Shown: positions 1 to 9,081, numbered from the stretch's first letter. The stretch: DNA of 64,000 nt from Planctomycetia bacterium (GCA_021413845.1 JAIOPP010000057.1:81690-145689); one strand, 5' to 3'. Notes: generated by a model not told the origin, from the letters alone. Numbers and translations are program-made.

Positions 1-303
1 CCACACAAGATCATGATCCCCTGTCGACGCGCGCATACGCCCATCGCTTTGACGTATCCCTGCCGAAGCGACGTCGGTGCTGCGAGTCTTTAAGGATTGA
101 AGAATCGCGGTCATCATCAGGGCATCGCTTCTTTCGACGGCGAGGCAGCATTGAATCGCCACGCTTTCGCAGAGCGTCTTGCGAGCCTGTGCCCGCTGCT
201 CGTCAGGGTGTGGAAAGAAGTGTAACGAAAGGCCGATCAACAGCACGCCGACGACTACGCTCGCGAGCGTTAATGTGATGCGGAAAATTGCGTTGATGCG
301 CAT
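1..303 (-). CDS. Partial CDS (N-terminal 101 codons, runs off the window start): membrane-anchored protein of unknown function
   Basis: ATG at 303 on the minus strand. Translation MRINAIFRITLTLASVVVGVLLIGLSLHFFPHPDEQRAQ... has one N-terminal TM helix and stays open to position 1. It is absent from the ORF track because it has no in-window stop. Same strand as, and 87 nt downstream of, the giant protein gene. Confidence 0.45.
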   Translation of the reverse strand, partial: MRINAIFRITLTLASVVVGVLLIGLSLHFFPHPDEQRAQARKTLCESVAIQCCLAVERSDALMMTAILQSLKTRSTDVASAGIRQSDGRMRASTGDHDLVW

Positions 304-390
304 GAAAGGCCTATGGTGCGATGAGCGAACTATTTTTTAAAAAACGAAATTCAATGTAGAGCTTTCAAACTACGAGCCATCTTTCCGGCA

Positions 391-3300
391 TCATCGAGCA
401 CCAAGCGCGCTGCGAGTGTCGAATACGCTGTCGAGTTCGTCGACGTCATGCATGCGCGGGTTGCGACGTCGCTCGTATTCCAATACCGGCAATGGATCGA
501 AGGCCTTCCAGGTCGGCAACGATGATAGCAAGATCGAGGTCAACGATCCGGCCTGAAGCGACCAGACGAGATAGCCGACCGTCAAGGTAGCGGTGATCCC
601 CGCCGTGCCGACGACCAAACACTCCACGGTCGTGTAGGCTTGCTCTTCGATCGTCGCTACGATCGTCTGCCAAGGAATCGACGCCTCTTGCGACGACCAA
701 CCTTCGGAAGTCTTAGCCGCCACCGGCCCTTTCGTCAGCAGCGCGGTTCGCACTCCGTGAGTCGCCTTACTGCCCGCGCTCGAGACACTGCTCCAATCGA
801 CGTTCTCACACCGATCTGCATAGAGCGTGTCGTCATCGATCGATTCGGAGGGGAGTACCGGTGGTCTCTCGTCGTGTGTTATTTTTGACTCTCGATCAAG
901 TAACGATGCCGTGTCGAAGCCTGACATTTGACGTACGTTCTCCAACATGCCGAGCAGCGTCGGGCGTGGAAGAGAAATCGTCGGCCAAAATACAACGTCA
1001 TGCGATGATGTGCCGGGAATCAACGCGACTTCCGAACGGCCGACGCTCGAGCCACCTGCGCCGTGATCATCCATAGTTTCCGGCTGTGGACTCGGGAATA
1101 CTGCCGCTTGCGAGATCGCAATCGTTGTCTGAATGGTTTGCGAACTCATGCCGTCGCGCGGTTCGTCGGTCACAACCAGAGAGACTTCGCCGTTGGTCGC
1201 AATTCCCCGAAAGCGCAGTCCGGCAAGCGCCGCATTGACATTCGTAAGCGTGCCGCTGAACGCCAGTAACGCGCCGCTCGAGCCCGCGCCGTCGACGAAA
1301 GTGAGCCCCGCCGTTTGCGCAAGCGCGACGGTGCCGTTGTGAGCCGTCAAAGTTACGGTCAATCTCGGATCTTCGGCATACGCATCTTCGATGGTGATTC
1401 CGCTTCCCGTAGTCGGAGAAAAAACGGCGAGATAGTTATCGGCACTAAGCGCGATCGGATTTCGCAATTGAATTCGATCCGCGGTGGGTTGCACCACCAC
1501 AGCGACTTGCGCCGCGGCAGTCCGTGCCCCGCCTCCTCCATTTAGCCCGAGATCGTCGACCGACACTGCAAAGCCTGTCGATCCGCGATAACTCTCGTTC
1601 GGGCTAAACTGAAGGCCATCGAGCGCAGAGTTCAAATTGCTCAAGCTGCCGCGAACGGTGATGGCGTCGTCGCTCGTGCCGTCACCGACGACGAAGGTGA
1701 GCCCGGCAGTTTGCGCCAACGTCAATGTGCCGTGGTTCGCGTTGAGCGTAAGCTCGATCGAGCCGGAGCCCGCATCGTTATCGCCGACGACCATGGCCCG
1801 ACCGTTCGCCGTCGAGAAAATCAGCCCGGTTTGAAACGCCGTCGTTTGCGCACCCGGCAGCGTCAAACTCGGCGCGTCGTTCACGGAATCGACGGCTAGA
1901 CTTAGCGTAGCGGTCGTGATTTGTGCCGGCCCCGACCCATTATGCCCAAGATCATCGACCGAGACCTGCAACTGCGCAGCGCCATAGAAGTTCGCCGTAG
2001 GATGGAATGCCGCTCCGTTGAGCGCCGCATTCATTGCAGCGGAAGTGCCTTGAAATATCATCAAGGCATCGTCGGTTCCGTCGCCAACCAAGAACGTCAG
2101 CCCACTGGTTCCGCTCAGCGAGATCGAACCGTTCGTTCCGGCAAGAGTCATTTGCAGCGGCAGCCCGGCAGCGTCGGGATCGGCAACCGCGATTGCATTC
2201 CCTCCCGCCGTGGAAAAGACCAATGCCGTGTCTTCGTTCGTCGCCTGCGCACTCGGCAGCGTGATGATCGCGGGCTCGTTCACGTTCGTTACCGTGACGA
2301 AAATCGTTTGCGTCGTGAAGAACGTCCCATCCGACGCACGGACGATTACCTGATAAACGTCGTCCCCATCCGAATCGGCCGGGGCTTCGAAATCGGGAGC
2401 GACGACGAAGCTTAGCGCACCGGTCGCTCCGTCGATCATAAAGCGTCCGGCATCCGTTCCGCCGCTGATCGAATAGTTGAGCGAGGGGGTCGGCAAATCG
2501 GCATCGGATGCCGCCACCGTAGTTACCGAAGTCGTATTTTCCGCCGCGCTCACGTTTGCTGATGCCCCGCCACCATTGCTCGTCATCGTAGGCGTGTGAT
2601 CGTTTACCGGAGTGACCGTGATCGAGATGTTGCTCGAAGTCGTTTGTGGGCCCCCTGTGCCGCTATAGCCGAGATCGTTGCTTACGACTCCGAGCGTTGC
2701 AGTACCGGCGAAATCGAGCGTCGGCATGAACGTGAGCCCATTCAAGGCCGCATTAATATCGACGATCATGCCCGTGAACGTCATCACGGCATCGGCCGTT
2801 CCGTCGCCGGTCGAGAACGTAAGACCGGATGTGCTGCCGAGCGTCGTCGTTCCGGAAGTTGTCGTAAGGGTCACTCGAATCGGATTCGACGCCGCTCCGG
2901 CATCGGCGATGCCGATCCCATTTCCCATGCCGCTACTAAACACGAGCGGCGTGTCTTCAAGCGTGGCTTGCGTTCCCGGCAGCGTGTGGATCGGAGCTAC
3001 GTTCGTTCCATCGATGAATCGTTGCAGAAATACTCCGTCGGCGTCACCGGCGCCGTTGCCGCTCCAAGCGACGACGAAGCCGTTCGAGCTTTGCATTGCA
3101 ACCGATGGCGACTGTTGCGAACCCGTTATCGTCCGATTGACGAGAGTTTCCGATGAGATGGCAGTCCCTGTCGCGTCGAATTGACGAAAGTAGACGCCGT
3201 CGCCGCCGGCGGCATCCTGATTAGTGCTTGTCCATGCGACGACGAAACTCCCCGAAGCATCCATCGCGATGCGCGATTCACGTTGGTCTCCCGCCGTTGT

Positions 3301-4332
3301 GACGTTCATCGCCGTCTCACCACCGACCTTTGCTCCCGTTGAATCGAACCGTTGTCCGTAGACTCCGTATCCGCTTCCGTCTTGAGCTTGGCTCGACCAT
3401 GTGACGAGGAAGTTTCCGGCACCATCCGTAGCAACCGCCGCTTCGGTCTGATTTCCTGCGGTGGTCGTATTAATTCGGAACTCGGCACCTAAAGGGTTGC
3501 CGGCGGCATCGAAGCGCCGACCGTACACGCCGGTGCCTGAGCCGTCCTGTGCAGCGCTCGTCCAAACGACGATGAAGTTTCCCGCAGCGTCGTAAGCAAC
3601 CGTCGAGAGATTCTGATCGCCGGACATCGCTGTATTGACGAGAAACGCAAGCCCATCCGGGGAACCGTTCGCATGGAACTGTCGCGCGAACACGGCATCG
3701 CCGCTGCCGTCGCCGAAAGCTCTCGTCCACGAAATCGTGAAGTCGCCCGCCGCATTGATCGCGATCGAAGGATCATGGAAGTCTTCCAACAGAGCCAGCG
3801 CGACTTGCTGTTCCGGACCGATCCGGCTTCCCGCGGCATCGTAGCGCTGAAAGTAGATCCCTTCGCCGAGAATCGTGATTCCAAGCACATCGAGGATCGG
3901 GCCCGACCATGCGACGACGAATGTCCCATCGGCCGCCTTGGCAACGGCAGCTTCCGTCTGATCGCCGAGAATCGTCGTGTTTACTTGAAACTCAGCCCCT
4001 TGTTTGTTGCCCGTCGCATCGAACCGTTGTGCGTAGATCCCCGTTCCGGTTCCATCCTGGCTATCGCTTGCCCAAGCGACGACGAAGGCCCCCGTGGGAT
4101 CCGCGGCGACGGCTTGCTGCGTTTCGTTTTGAATCGATTGCACGGACGTCGTCTCCGTGTTCACGAGAACCTCGCCGCCGGCCGGAGTCGCGCTAAACAA
4201 AATGCGATCTTCGTACTCGACGCAATCGAGCCTGCGGATTGTCCCCGGCATCGCGCGAAGAGGCGTTGCACGATCGTGCCGCAGCATTTTGCGCAGTCGA
4301 CTGCCGATGCGGTGAATGATGTGCGAACCCAT
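391..4332 (-). CDS. Giant secreted/surface protein with beta-propeller-like tandem repeats, adhesin-type modules, a cadherin-like domain and a C-terminal hydrophobic anchor
   Basis: 1313-aa ORF. N-terminus has ...RRLDCVEYEDRILFSATP (LEDR-x-L-x-SA type motif). aa ~52-440 hold seven tandem ~50-aa repeats (FVVAW/FIVVW/FLVTW ... DGSG.G(V/I)Y.(Q/R)RFD..G). aa ~447-1075 hold four related ~120-130-aa modules (LPG.QAT.EDT.LVFS ... LNGL.F.P ... VND(A/H)(P/T)). A cadherin-like unit lies at aa ~585-685 (DADLPTPSLNYSISGGTDAGRFMIDGATGALSF...VTNVNEP). Hydrophobic stretch at aa ~1225-1275. Confidence 0.85.
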   Translation of the reverse strand: MGSHIIHRIGSRLRKMLRHDRATPLRAMPGTIRRLDCVEYEDRILFSATPAGGEVLVNTETTSVQSIQNETQQAVAADPTGAFVVAWASDSQDGTGTGIYAQRFDATGNKQGAEFQVNTTILGDQTEAAVAKAADGTFVVAWSGPILDVLGITILGEGIYFQRYDAAGSRIGPEQQVALALLEDFHDPSIAINAAGDFTISWTRAFGDGSGDAVFARQFHANGSPDGLAFLVNTAMSGDQNLSTVAYDAAGNFIVVWTSAAQDGSGTGVYGRRFDAAGNPLGAEFRINTTTAGNQTEAAVATDGAGNFLVTWSSQAQDGSGYGVYGQRFDSTGAKVGGETAMNVTTAGDQRESRIAMDASGSFVVAWTSTNQDAAGGDGVYFRQFDATGTAISSETLVNRTITGSQQSPSVAMQSSNGFVVAWSGNGAGDADGVFLQRFIDGTNVAPIHTLPGTQATLEDTPLVFSSGMGNGIGIADAGAASNPIRVTLTTTSGTTTLGSTSGLTFSTGDGTADAVMTFTGMIVDINAALNGLTFMPTLDFAGTATLGVVSNDLGYSGTGGPQTTSSNISITVTPVNDHTPTMTSNGGGASANVSAAENTTSVTTVAASDADLPTPSLNYSISGGTDAGRFMIDGATGALSFVVAPDFEAPADSDGDDVYQVIVRASDGTFFTTQTIFVTVTNVNEPAIITLPSAQATNEDTALVFSTAGGNAIAVADPDAAGLPLQMTLAGTNGSISLSGTSGLTFLVGDGTDDALMIFQGTSAAMNAALNGAAFHPTANFYGAAQLQVSVDDLGHNGSGPAQITTATLSLAVDSVNDAPSLTLPGAQTTAFQTGLIFSTANGRAMVVGDNDAGSGSIELTLNANHGTLTLAQTAGLTFVVGDGTSDDAITVRGSLSNLNSALDGLQFSPNESYRGSTGFAVSVDDLGLNGGGGARTAAAQVAVVVQPTADRIQLRNPIALSADNYLAVFSPTTGSGITIEDAYAEDPRLTVTLTAHNGTVALAQTAGLTFVDGAGSSGALLAFSGTLTNVNAALAGLRFRGIATNGEVSLVVTDEPRDGMSSQTIQTTIAISQAAVFPSPQPETMDDHGAGGSSVGRSEVALIPGTSSHDVVFWPTISLPRPTLLGMLENVRQMSGFDTASLLDRESKITHDERPPVLPSESIDDDTLYADRCENVDWSSVSSAGSKATHGVRTALLTKGPVAAKTSEGWSSQEASIPWQTIVATIEEQAYTTVECLVVGTAGITATLTVGYLVWSLQAGSLTSILLSSLPTWKAFDPLPVLEYERRRNPRMHDVDELDSVFDTRSALGAR
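1108..2994 (-). repeat. Coding repeats: four ~120-130-codon adhesin-type modules (one cadherin-like insert) inside the giant protein gene
   Basis: Recurring blocks: PLVFSSGMGNGIGIADAG...LNGLTFMP...VNDHTP; ALVFSTAGGNAIAVADPD...LNGAAFHP...VNDAPS; LIFSTANGRAMVVGDND...LDGLQFSP; LAVFSPTTGSGITIEDAY...LAGLRFRG. Coordinates are approximate. Confidence 0.65.
3013..4179 (-). repeat. Coding tandem repeats: about 7 copies of a ~50-codon unit inside the giant protein gene
   Basis: Protein-level periodicity read directly from the translation (units ending FVVAWASD, FVVAWSGP, FTISWTRA, FIVVWTSA, FLVTWSSQ, FVVAWTST, FVVAWSGN). Coordinates are approximate. Confidence 0.7.
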
Positions 4333-4607
4333 GACTGCGCTCCCTGATCGAACTCAACCCGACCGAATGTTCTAAGAAAGAATTAGCTCACGCGATCGGC
4401 GCTTATGTGGAACACCACGCCGGATGATGACAAGCACCACATGGACGGAACCCGCGGAAAGACGGCAGTTACGGATTGCAGTGTCGCGAGTCGACAAGAT
4501 GGATTTACGAAATGCAGCGGTCGATGAGATCGAACGACGCAACGCCCATGCAACGCCGGCATGGTGACGTCGTCTGAAACCCATGCTTTATCAAGCTCGA
4601 TCTCGCG

Positions 4608-6392
4608 ATGCCCTATCTCTTCGCAATTAGAACGATTCAACTGCTCTGCTTTTGCCTCGCGACTGCGAGCGAAGTGCGGGTCGTTGCGCAGTCGATTCGG
4701 CCCCTCCCGCCGATCTCGGCGGAGACGAGTGTCGAAACATTGCAACCTGTTCTTCCAGCCGAGGACTTCAAGCTCGCTCTCGTCGACAACGAGCTCTGGT
4801 GGGACACGGCGCTACTCTCGTCGCTCAACGCCACGGAGTGCCCGCTAGCCATCGGGCTCGAAGCGGTCGTCAATCGCGTGCTGATGTTCTCTCCCCACGT
4901 GCGGATCGTTGCCGACGAGCCAGTGATTCGCGGCGCTCAAGTCACCGATGCCGCGTCGCGCTTCGATCCTCGCGCGTTTCTCGACTCGAAGTTCACCGAC
5001 ACGAGCGATCCGGTCGGCAATTTACTTACCACCGGCGGGGCGAGCCGCTACCTCAACCAAAACTTCGTTTCGTCGGGCGGCTTGCGACAAACGTTCGCTT
5101 CCGGCGCCAAGGCCGAGGTCGCACAGAAATTCGGTTACGAAGACAGCAACTCGCGATTCTTCATTCCACCGAACCAAGGCACCTCGCGCATCACGCTTAC
5201 GATCACGCAACCCCTCTTGAACGGCTCGGGCAAAGCCTACAACCTCAGCTCGATCTACTTAGCGGAGCTCGGCGTCGGCGCAGCCGTCGGTCGGATGCAA
5301 AAGGAATTGCAAGACATCATCATCGAATCGCATCGCGCCTACTGGGATCTGCGCGTGCAACGTGCCGCATTGCTGCAAAGAGCGCGCCTCAAGCAACAAG
5401 CGATCGATGTCGTCGCCGAATTGGAGGCGCGCGTCGATTTCGACGTCGTGCAGAGCCAGATCGTGCGAGCGAGAGCAGCCGCCGCTACGCGCGAGGCCGC
5501 GGTGATCCGTTTCGGAACCAACGTCGCCAACGCCGCGACACGGCTGCGTGCACTGTTGAACGATCCGAACCTACTGAATCCTCCGCAAGAGTTGATTCCG
5601 TTCGATCGCCCGTGGTCGGAGCCTGCTGAGCCGAATGTCGCGCAATCGCTGACGGACGCTTTGCAATATCGACCGGAAATTCAACAAGCATTTATCGAGG
5701 TCCGGGCGGCGAGCATTCAAGCCGATGTTTCGCAAAACGAACTCATGCCGCTCCTTAATCTCGTCTTGGGAACCTACGTTGCCGGACTTCAAGGCAATTC
5801 CGATGTCGGCCAAGCCTGGGTCGATCAATTCAGCGTCGGCCGTCCGACCTATTGGACCGGACTACAATTCGAGTACCCGCTGTTCAATCGAGGCGCTAAT
5901 GCGCGCCTAACGCAGCGCCGCGTGGAACTTCGCCAAGCGACAAACCGCTTGCAAGCCGCCATGCTCAATATACGAAGCGAAACCGAGATCGCGGTGCGAG
6001 AGGTATCGACGCTCTACCGCGAGATGCTCGCGAAACGTGATGCGATTCGAGCCAACGCCGCCGAGATCGACTATCTCACATCGCGACGTAGCCTCATGAT
6101 CGGCGACCCGCAAACGGCCGGCGTCGTGCTCGACGATCTCTTATCGGCCCAAGAACGACGAGCCAACGCTGAGTTCGACTTCGTCGCGGTTCAGGCGGCC
6201 TACAACGTCTCGCTCGTGAACTTGAATCGAGCAACCGGCACCTTACTGCAAACGCAACAAGTCCGCATCGACGACGCTTGCCAAGGGGGCGTCCCGACGT
6301 TGCAAGTCCGCTTGGATAAATCGGAAGCTCACCTTCCTATTGCGGCCCAACTCGGCGACGGCGTGCCCGCCGGCAACGAGGTGCCACGATGA
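4608..6392 (+). CDS. TolC-like outer membrane efflux protein (OEP family)
   Basis: 594-aa ORF with an N-terminal signal-like hydrophobic segment (LLCFCLATASEV). Two OEP-type helical repeats (LTDALQYRPEIQQAFIEVRAASIQADV...; LLSAQERRANAEFDFVAVQAAYNVSLVNLNRATG). Its stop overlaps the next start (ATGA at 6389-6392). Confidence 0.8.
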   Translation: MPYLFAIRTIQLLCFCLATASEVRVVAQSIRPLPPISAETSVETLQPVLPAEDFKLALVDNELWWDTALLSSLNATECPLAIGLEAVVNRVLMFSPHVRIVADEPVIRGAQVTDAASRFDPRAFLDSKFTDTSDPVGNLLTTGGASRYLNQNFVSSGGLRQTFASGAKAEVAQKFGYEDSNSRFFIPPNQGTSRITLTITQPLLNGSGKAYNLSSIYLAELGVGAAVGRMQKELQDIIIESHRAYWDLRVQRAALLQRARLKQQAIDVVAELEARVDFDVVQSQIVRARAAAATREAAVIRFGTNVANAATRLRALLNDPNLLNPPQELIPFDRPWSEPAEPNVAQSLTDALQYRPEIQQAFIEVRAASIQADVSQNELMPLLNLVLGTYVAGLQGNSDVGQAWVDQFSVGRPTYWTGLQFEYPLFNRGANARLTQRRVELRQATNRLQAAMLNIRSETEIAVREVSTLYREMLAKRDAIRANAAEIDYLTSRRSLMIGDPQTAGVVLDDLLSAQERRANAEFDFVAVQAAYNVSLVNLNRATGTLLQTQQVRIDDACQGGVPTLQVRLDKSEAHLPIAAQLGDGVPAGNEVPR

Positions 6393-8179
6393 ACCCGATG
6401 CTGTCATCGACTTCGATGCCTTCGACTTGGTGGAACCGCACGTTTCAGCGACGTCGCCGGCCCGCTTTCGATGTTGCGGAAACACTTCACTCGTTTTCGT
6501 GTGCGGTCGAGCGACACCTCGGCATCACGCCGTTCGATTCCCAGTTGCACGCCGCTACGTTGCTTGCACAAGGTCGTGCCGTCGAGATGCGCACCGGCGA
6601 AGGGAAGACTCTCGCCGTCGCCGCAGCAGCTGCCGCCCGTGCCATTGCGGGCCGAAGCGTGCATGTTGCGACCGTCAACCGCTACCTTGCCGACCGAGAT
6701 TTCCATACGTTCGCGCCGGTCTTGCGTAGCATGGGCTTGAGCGTCGGACTAGTCGACGGCAGAGCGACTTCGGAGATCAAACGGCAAGCCTACGGCTCGC
6801 AAATCGTCTACGCGACGGGCTACGATCTGGGGTTCGACTATCTGCGCGATCAGCAACGTCGTGCGCGGCAAAACTCGTCGCGACTCGGCGATGAGCTTGT
6901 GCGTCGTTTATCCGGGATCGACAACACGCACGATATGCCGATGCCGCTCGACTTCGTCATTATCGACGAAGCCGATTCGGTGTTGCTCGACGAAGCGTCC
7001 GTTCCGCTATTGCTCGCCGAATCGACGAACCAAAATGTCAAAGATGCCGCAGCCACCGAATCGGCCGCACAGTCTTGTCGGGAGCTTAATCTTGGGCGAG
7101 ATTATCTCGTAGATTCGCATAGTCGCGTCATCTCATTAACGATGAATGGCGCCGATACGATCGAACACCGGCTGAGACCACGGCCCGAGCTTTTGCTCCT
7201 CCGGCCGTGGCGGCAGTATGTCGAACATGCGCTTATCGCGCATCTCCTGTTGCAACGCGATGTGGACTATATCGTCTTCGACAATCGGATTCACCTAGTC
7301 GACACGACGACGGGTCGCATCTTCGACGACCGACGCTGGTCCGAGGGACTGCAGCAAGCCGTTGAATGGAAGGAACGTCTCCCGTTTTCGCAGCCGACGA
7401 TCGGATCTGCGAGTATTACGCGTGCCTGTTTTTTTCGCTCTTATCGCACGATGGCGGGAATTTCCGGGACTCTCATCGAAGCGGCCGGTGAACTTCGCTC
7501 GACGTTCGGACTCACGGTCGAAGCGATCCCACCGCGACTTCCTTCGCGTCTTATCGAACTTCCGACTCGCTACTTCGCAACTCCGGAAGCGCGACGTCGC
7601 GCCGTGGCATTAGAGACGGAGGCTATGCAACGACTCGGTCGGCCAGTGCTCGTGGGCTGTCGTACGATCGCGGAAAGCGCCGCAATTGCCGAAGAATTCA
7701 AACGACGACGCATTTCGCATCGGGTACTCGATGGCCGGCAAACCGAAGCGGAAGCGGCGATCATCGCCGAAGCCGGCCGGAGCGGTATTGTTACCATCGC
7801 GACGAACATGGCCGGTCGCGGGACCGATATTCGTCTTGGTAAGAGTGCGAAGGATTGCGGCGGCCTTCATGTCATCGGCATCGAGCGCAACGATTCGGCG
7901 CGCATCGATCGGCAACTACTAGGTCGTGCCGGAAGACAAGGAGATCCCGGCTCGGGCCGCTACTTCGTCGCCGCTTCCGATTCGTTGATCGCAAATGATC
8001 CGAAGCTGATCGCTTCGATGGTTCAATCCGCCGAAGCAAACGGCGAGGCTCACGGCAACTTCGAGCAGCAATGGACCGAATGCAGGCGCGTCGTCGAGCT
8101 CGATGCTCTCAAGCGACGAGCATCTATAGAACAACGGTATTTACGACGAGCGGACTCGACGACCATTCTGCTCGGATAA
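6389..8179 (+). CDS. Truncated SecA-family ATPase (NBD1-PPXD-NBD2 only, 596 aa)
   Basis: SecA signature blocks: FDSQLHAATLLAQGRAVEMRTGEGKTL (Walker A at 6596-6610), SVHVATVNRYLADRD, IVYATGYDLGFDYLRD, IIDEADSVLLDEASVPLLL, DVDYIVFDNRIHLVDTTTGRI...RRWSEGLQQAVEWKE, MAGISGTL, IATNMAGRGTDIRLG, GGLHVIGIERNDSARIDRQLLGRAGRQGDPGSGRYF. The protein ends ~60 aa after the last block, where canonical SecA continues for ~300 aa. Confidence 0.85.
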   Translation: MNPMLSSTSMPSTWWNRTFQRRRRPAFDVAETLHSFSCAVERHLGITPFDSQLHAATLLAQGRAVEMRTGEGKTLAVAAAAAARAIAGRSVHVATVNRYLADRDFHTFAPVLRSMGLSVGLVDGRATSEIKRQAYGSQIVYATGYDLGFDYLRDQQRRARQNSSRLGDELVRRLSGIDNTHDMPMPLDFVIIDEADSVLLDEASVPLLLAESTNQNVKDAAATESAAQSCRELNLGRDYLVDSHSRVISLTMNGADTIEHRLRPRPELLLLRPWRQYVEHALIAHLLLQRDVDYIVFDNRIHLVDTTTGRIFDDRRWSEGLQQAVEWKERLPFSQPTIGSASITRACFFRSYRTMAGISGTLIEAAGELRSTFGLTVEAIPPRLPSRLIELPTRYFATPEARRRAVALETEAMQRLGRPVLVGCRTIAESAAIAEEFKRRRISHRVLDGRQTEAEAAIIAEAGRSGIVTIATNMAGRGTDIRLGKSAKDCGGLHVIGIERNDSARIDRQLLGRAGRQGDPGSGRYFVAASDSLIANDPKLIASMVQSAEANGEAHGNFEQQWTECRRVVELDALKRRASIEQRYLRRADSTTILLG

Positions 8180-8195
8180 GAGGTTTCGTTCAATC

Positions 8196-9065
8196 ATGAT
8201 GAGACTAAGGAAACAAAGCATGTCGCTACGATTCTTCGACACGATTCTCTTGCTACAGTTGGTTGTAGCAGCGCAGGCTCATGCCGAGACGTTCGAGAGT
8301 TTTACGGAACCTTCACGAACGATCGACGTCGCTCCCGCCGAGACGGGAGTCGTCGCCCGCGTCGAAGTTCGCGAGGGAGATCGTGTCCGCAAAGGTCAAG
8401 TACTGGCATCGCTCGACAAGGAAGTTCTGTTGATCGCTCGCGAAATCGCCCAAGCGTCGGTCGATGCGACGGGCCGCAAGGATGCGGCGCGAGCCGAAGC
8501 GGAATTGCGCAAGACTCGACTCGACAAGATTCGTACGCTGCGCAGCTCAGGCCATGCCGCCTCCGAAGAAACGCAACGGGCGGAGATGGAGCACACAGCG
8601 GCAAAGGGACAGCATCAGTCGCTCGAAGAGCAGGCGATCGTCGACCGGCTCGAAGTCCGGAAGATCGACTCGATGATCGAACGGCGACTTGTTCGGAGCC
8701 CGATCGACGGCATCGTCACGCACATTCACTATGATCACGGAGAGTTCGTCACTCCCATCGCGCCGACCATCGTTACGGTCGTACAGCTCGATCCCCTTCG
8801 TGCCGTATTCAATCTACCGCAGTCGGCCGCTCGCGCTTTGAAGCCCGATGCGACGGTTGTGCTGAATTTTCCCGAGGAAGAAGAAGGAGTTCCGGGGAAA
8901 GTGGAATTCATCGCGCCGGTAATCGATGCGGATAGCGGCACCGTGCGTGTGAAAGTCCTTATTGATAACATCGATCAGACACGCCTGGCTGGTCGACGTT
9001 GCACGCTCCGTCTCGACGAAGTGCCGGCGCAACAACCGACCGCACCGCAAATCGCGAATCCTTAA
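8196..9065 (+). CDS. HlyD-family membrane fusion / periplasmic adaptor protein
   Basis: 289 aa with a signal peptide (LLLQLVVAAQAHA). Lipoyl-like hairpin halves (VARVEVREGDRVRKGQVLASLD ... SPIDGIVTHIHYDHGEFV), a central coiled coil, and a beta-barrel segment (GTVRVKVLIDN). 16-nt gap to the upstream gene. Confidence 0.8.
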   Translation: MMRLRKQSMSLRFFDTILLLQLVVAAQAHAETFESFTEPSRTIDVAPAETGVVARVEVREGDRVRKGQVLASLDKEVLLIAREIAQASVDATGRKDAARAEAELRKTRLDKIRTLRSSGHAASEETQRAEMEHTAAKGQHQSLEEQAIVDRLEVRKIDSMIERRLVRSPIDGIVTHIHYDHGEFVTPIAPTIVTVVQLDPLRAVFNLPQSAARALKPDATVVLNFPEEEEGVPGKVEFIAPVIDADSGTVRVKVLIDNIDQTRLAGRRCTLRLDEVPAQQPTAPQIANP

Positions 9066-9081
9066 ACAGACTCAGAACATC

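Noticed and set aside
391-640. C-terminus of the giant protein considered as a PEP-CTERM or T1SS C-terminal secretion signal
   Set aside because: The order is wrong for PEP-CTERM, because the hydrophobic segment precedes rather than follows a PEP-like motif, and ~40 polar residues follow it. No RTX nonapeptides or typical T1SS terminal features were seen.
1921-4347. Several long plus-strand ORFs (1921-2415, 2596-3156, 2678-3184, 3673-4347, and others) inside the giant minus-strand gene
   Set aside because: Their products are Arg/Ser/Pro-rich with no motifs. They lie antisense to a gene with strong, periodic protein-level repeat structure. These are typical shadow ORFs of high-GC DNA.
4405-4527. 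40-aa ORF (MWNTTPDDDKHHMDGTRGKTAVTDCSVASRQDGFTKCSGR) in the divergent intergenic region, considered as a possible precursor peptide for the PqqD-like/M50/HlyD system
   Set aside because: It has no Shine-Dalgarno-like sequence upstream and no leader/core features I can recognise. It overlaps equally plausible (or implausible) minus-strand ORFs. It is worth a conservation check but is not supportable from this sequence.
4652-5629. 325-aa plus-strand ORF overlapping the TolC-like gene in another frame
   Set aside because: The product is extremely Arg-rich (RRxxRR runs) and has no recognisable domain. The overlapping frame encodes clear OEP repeats.
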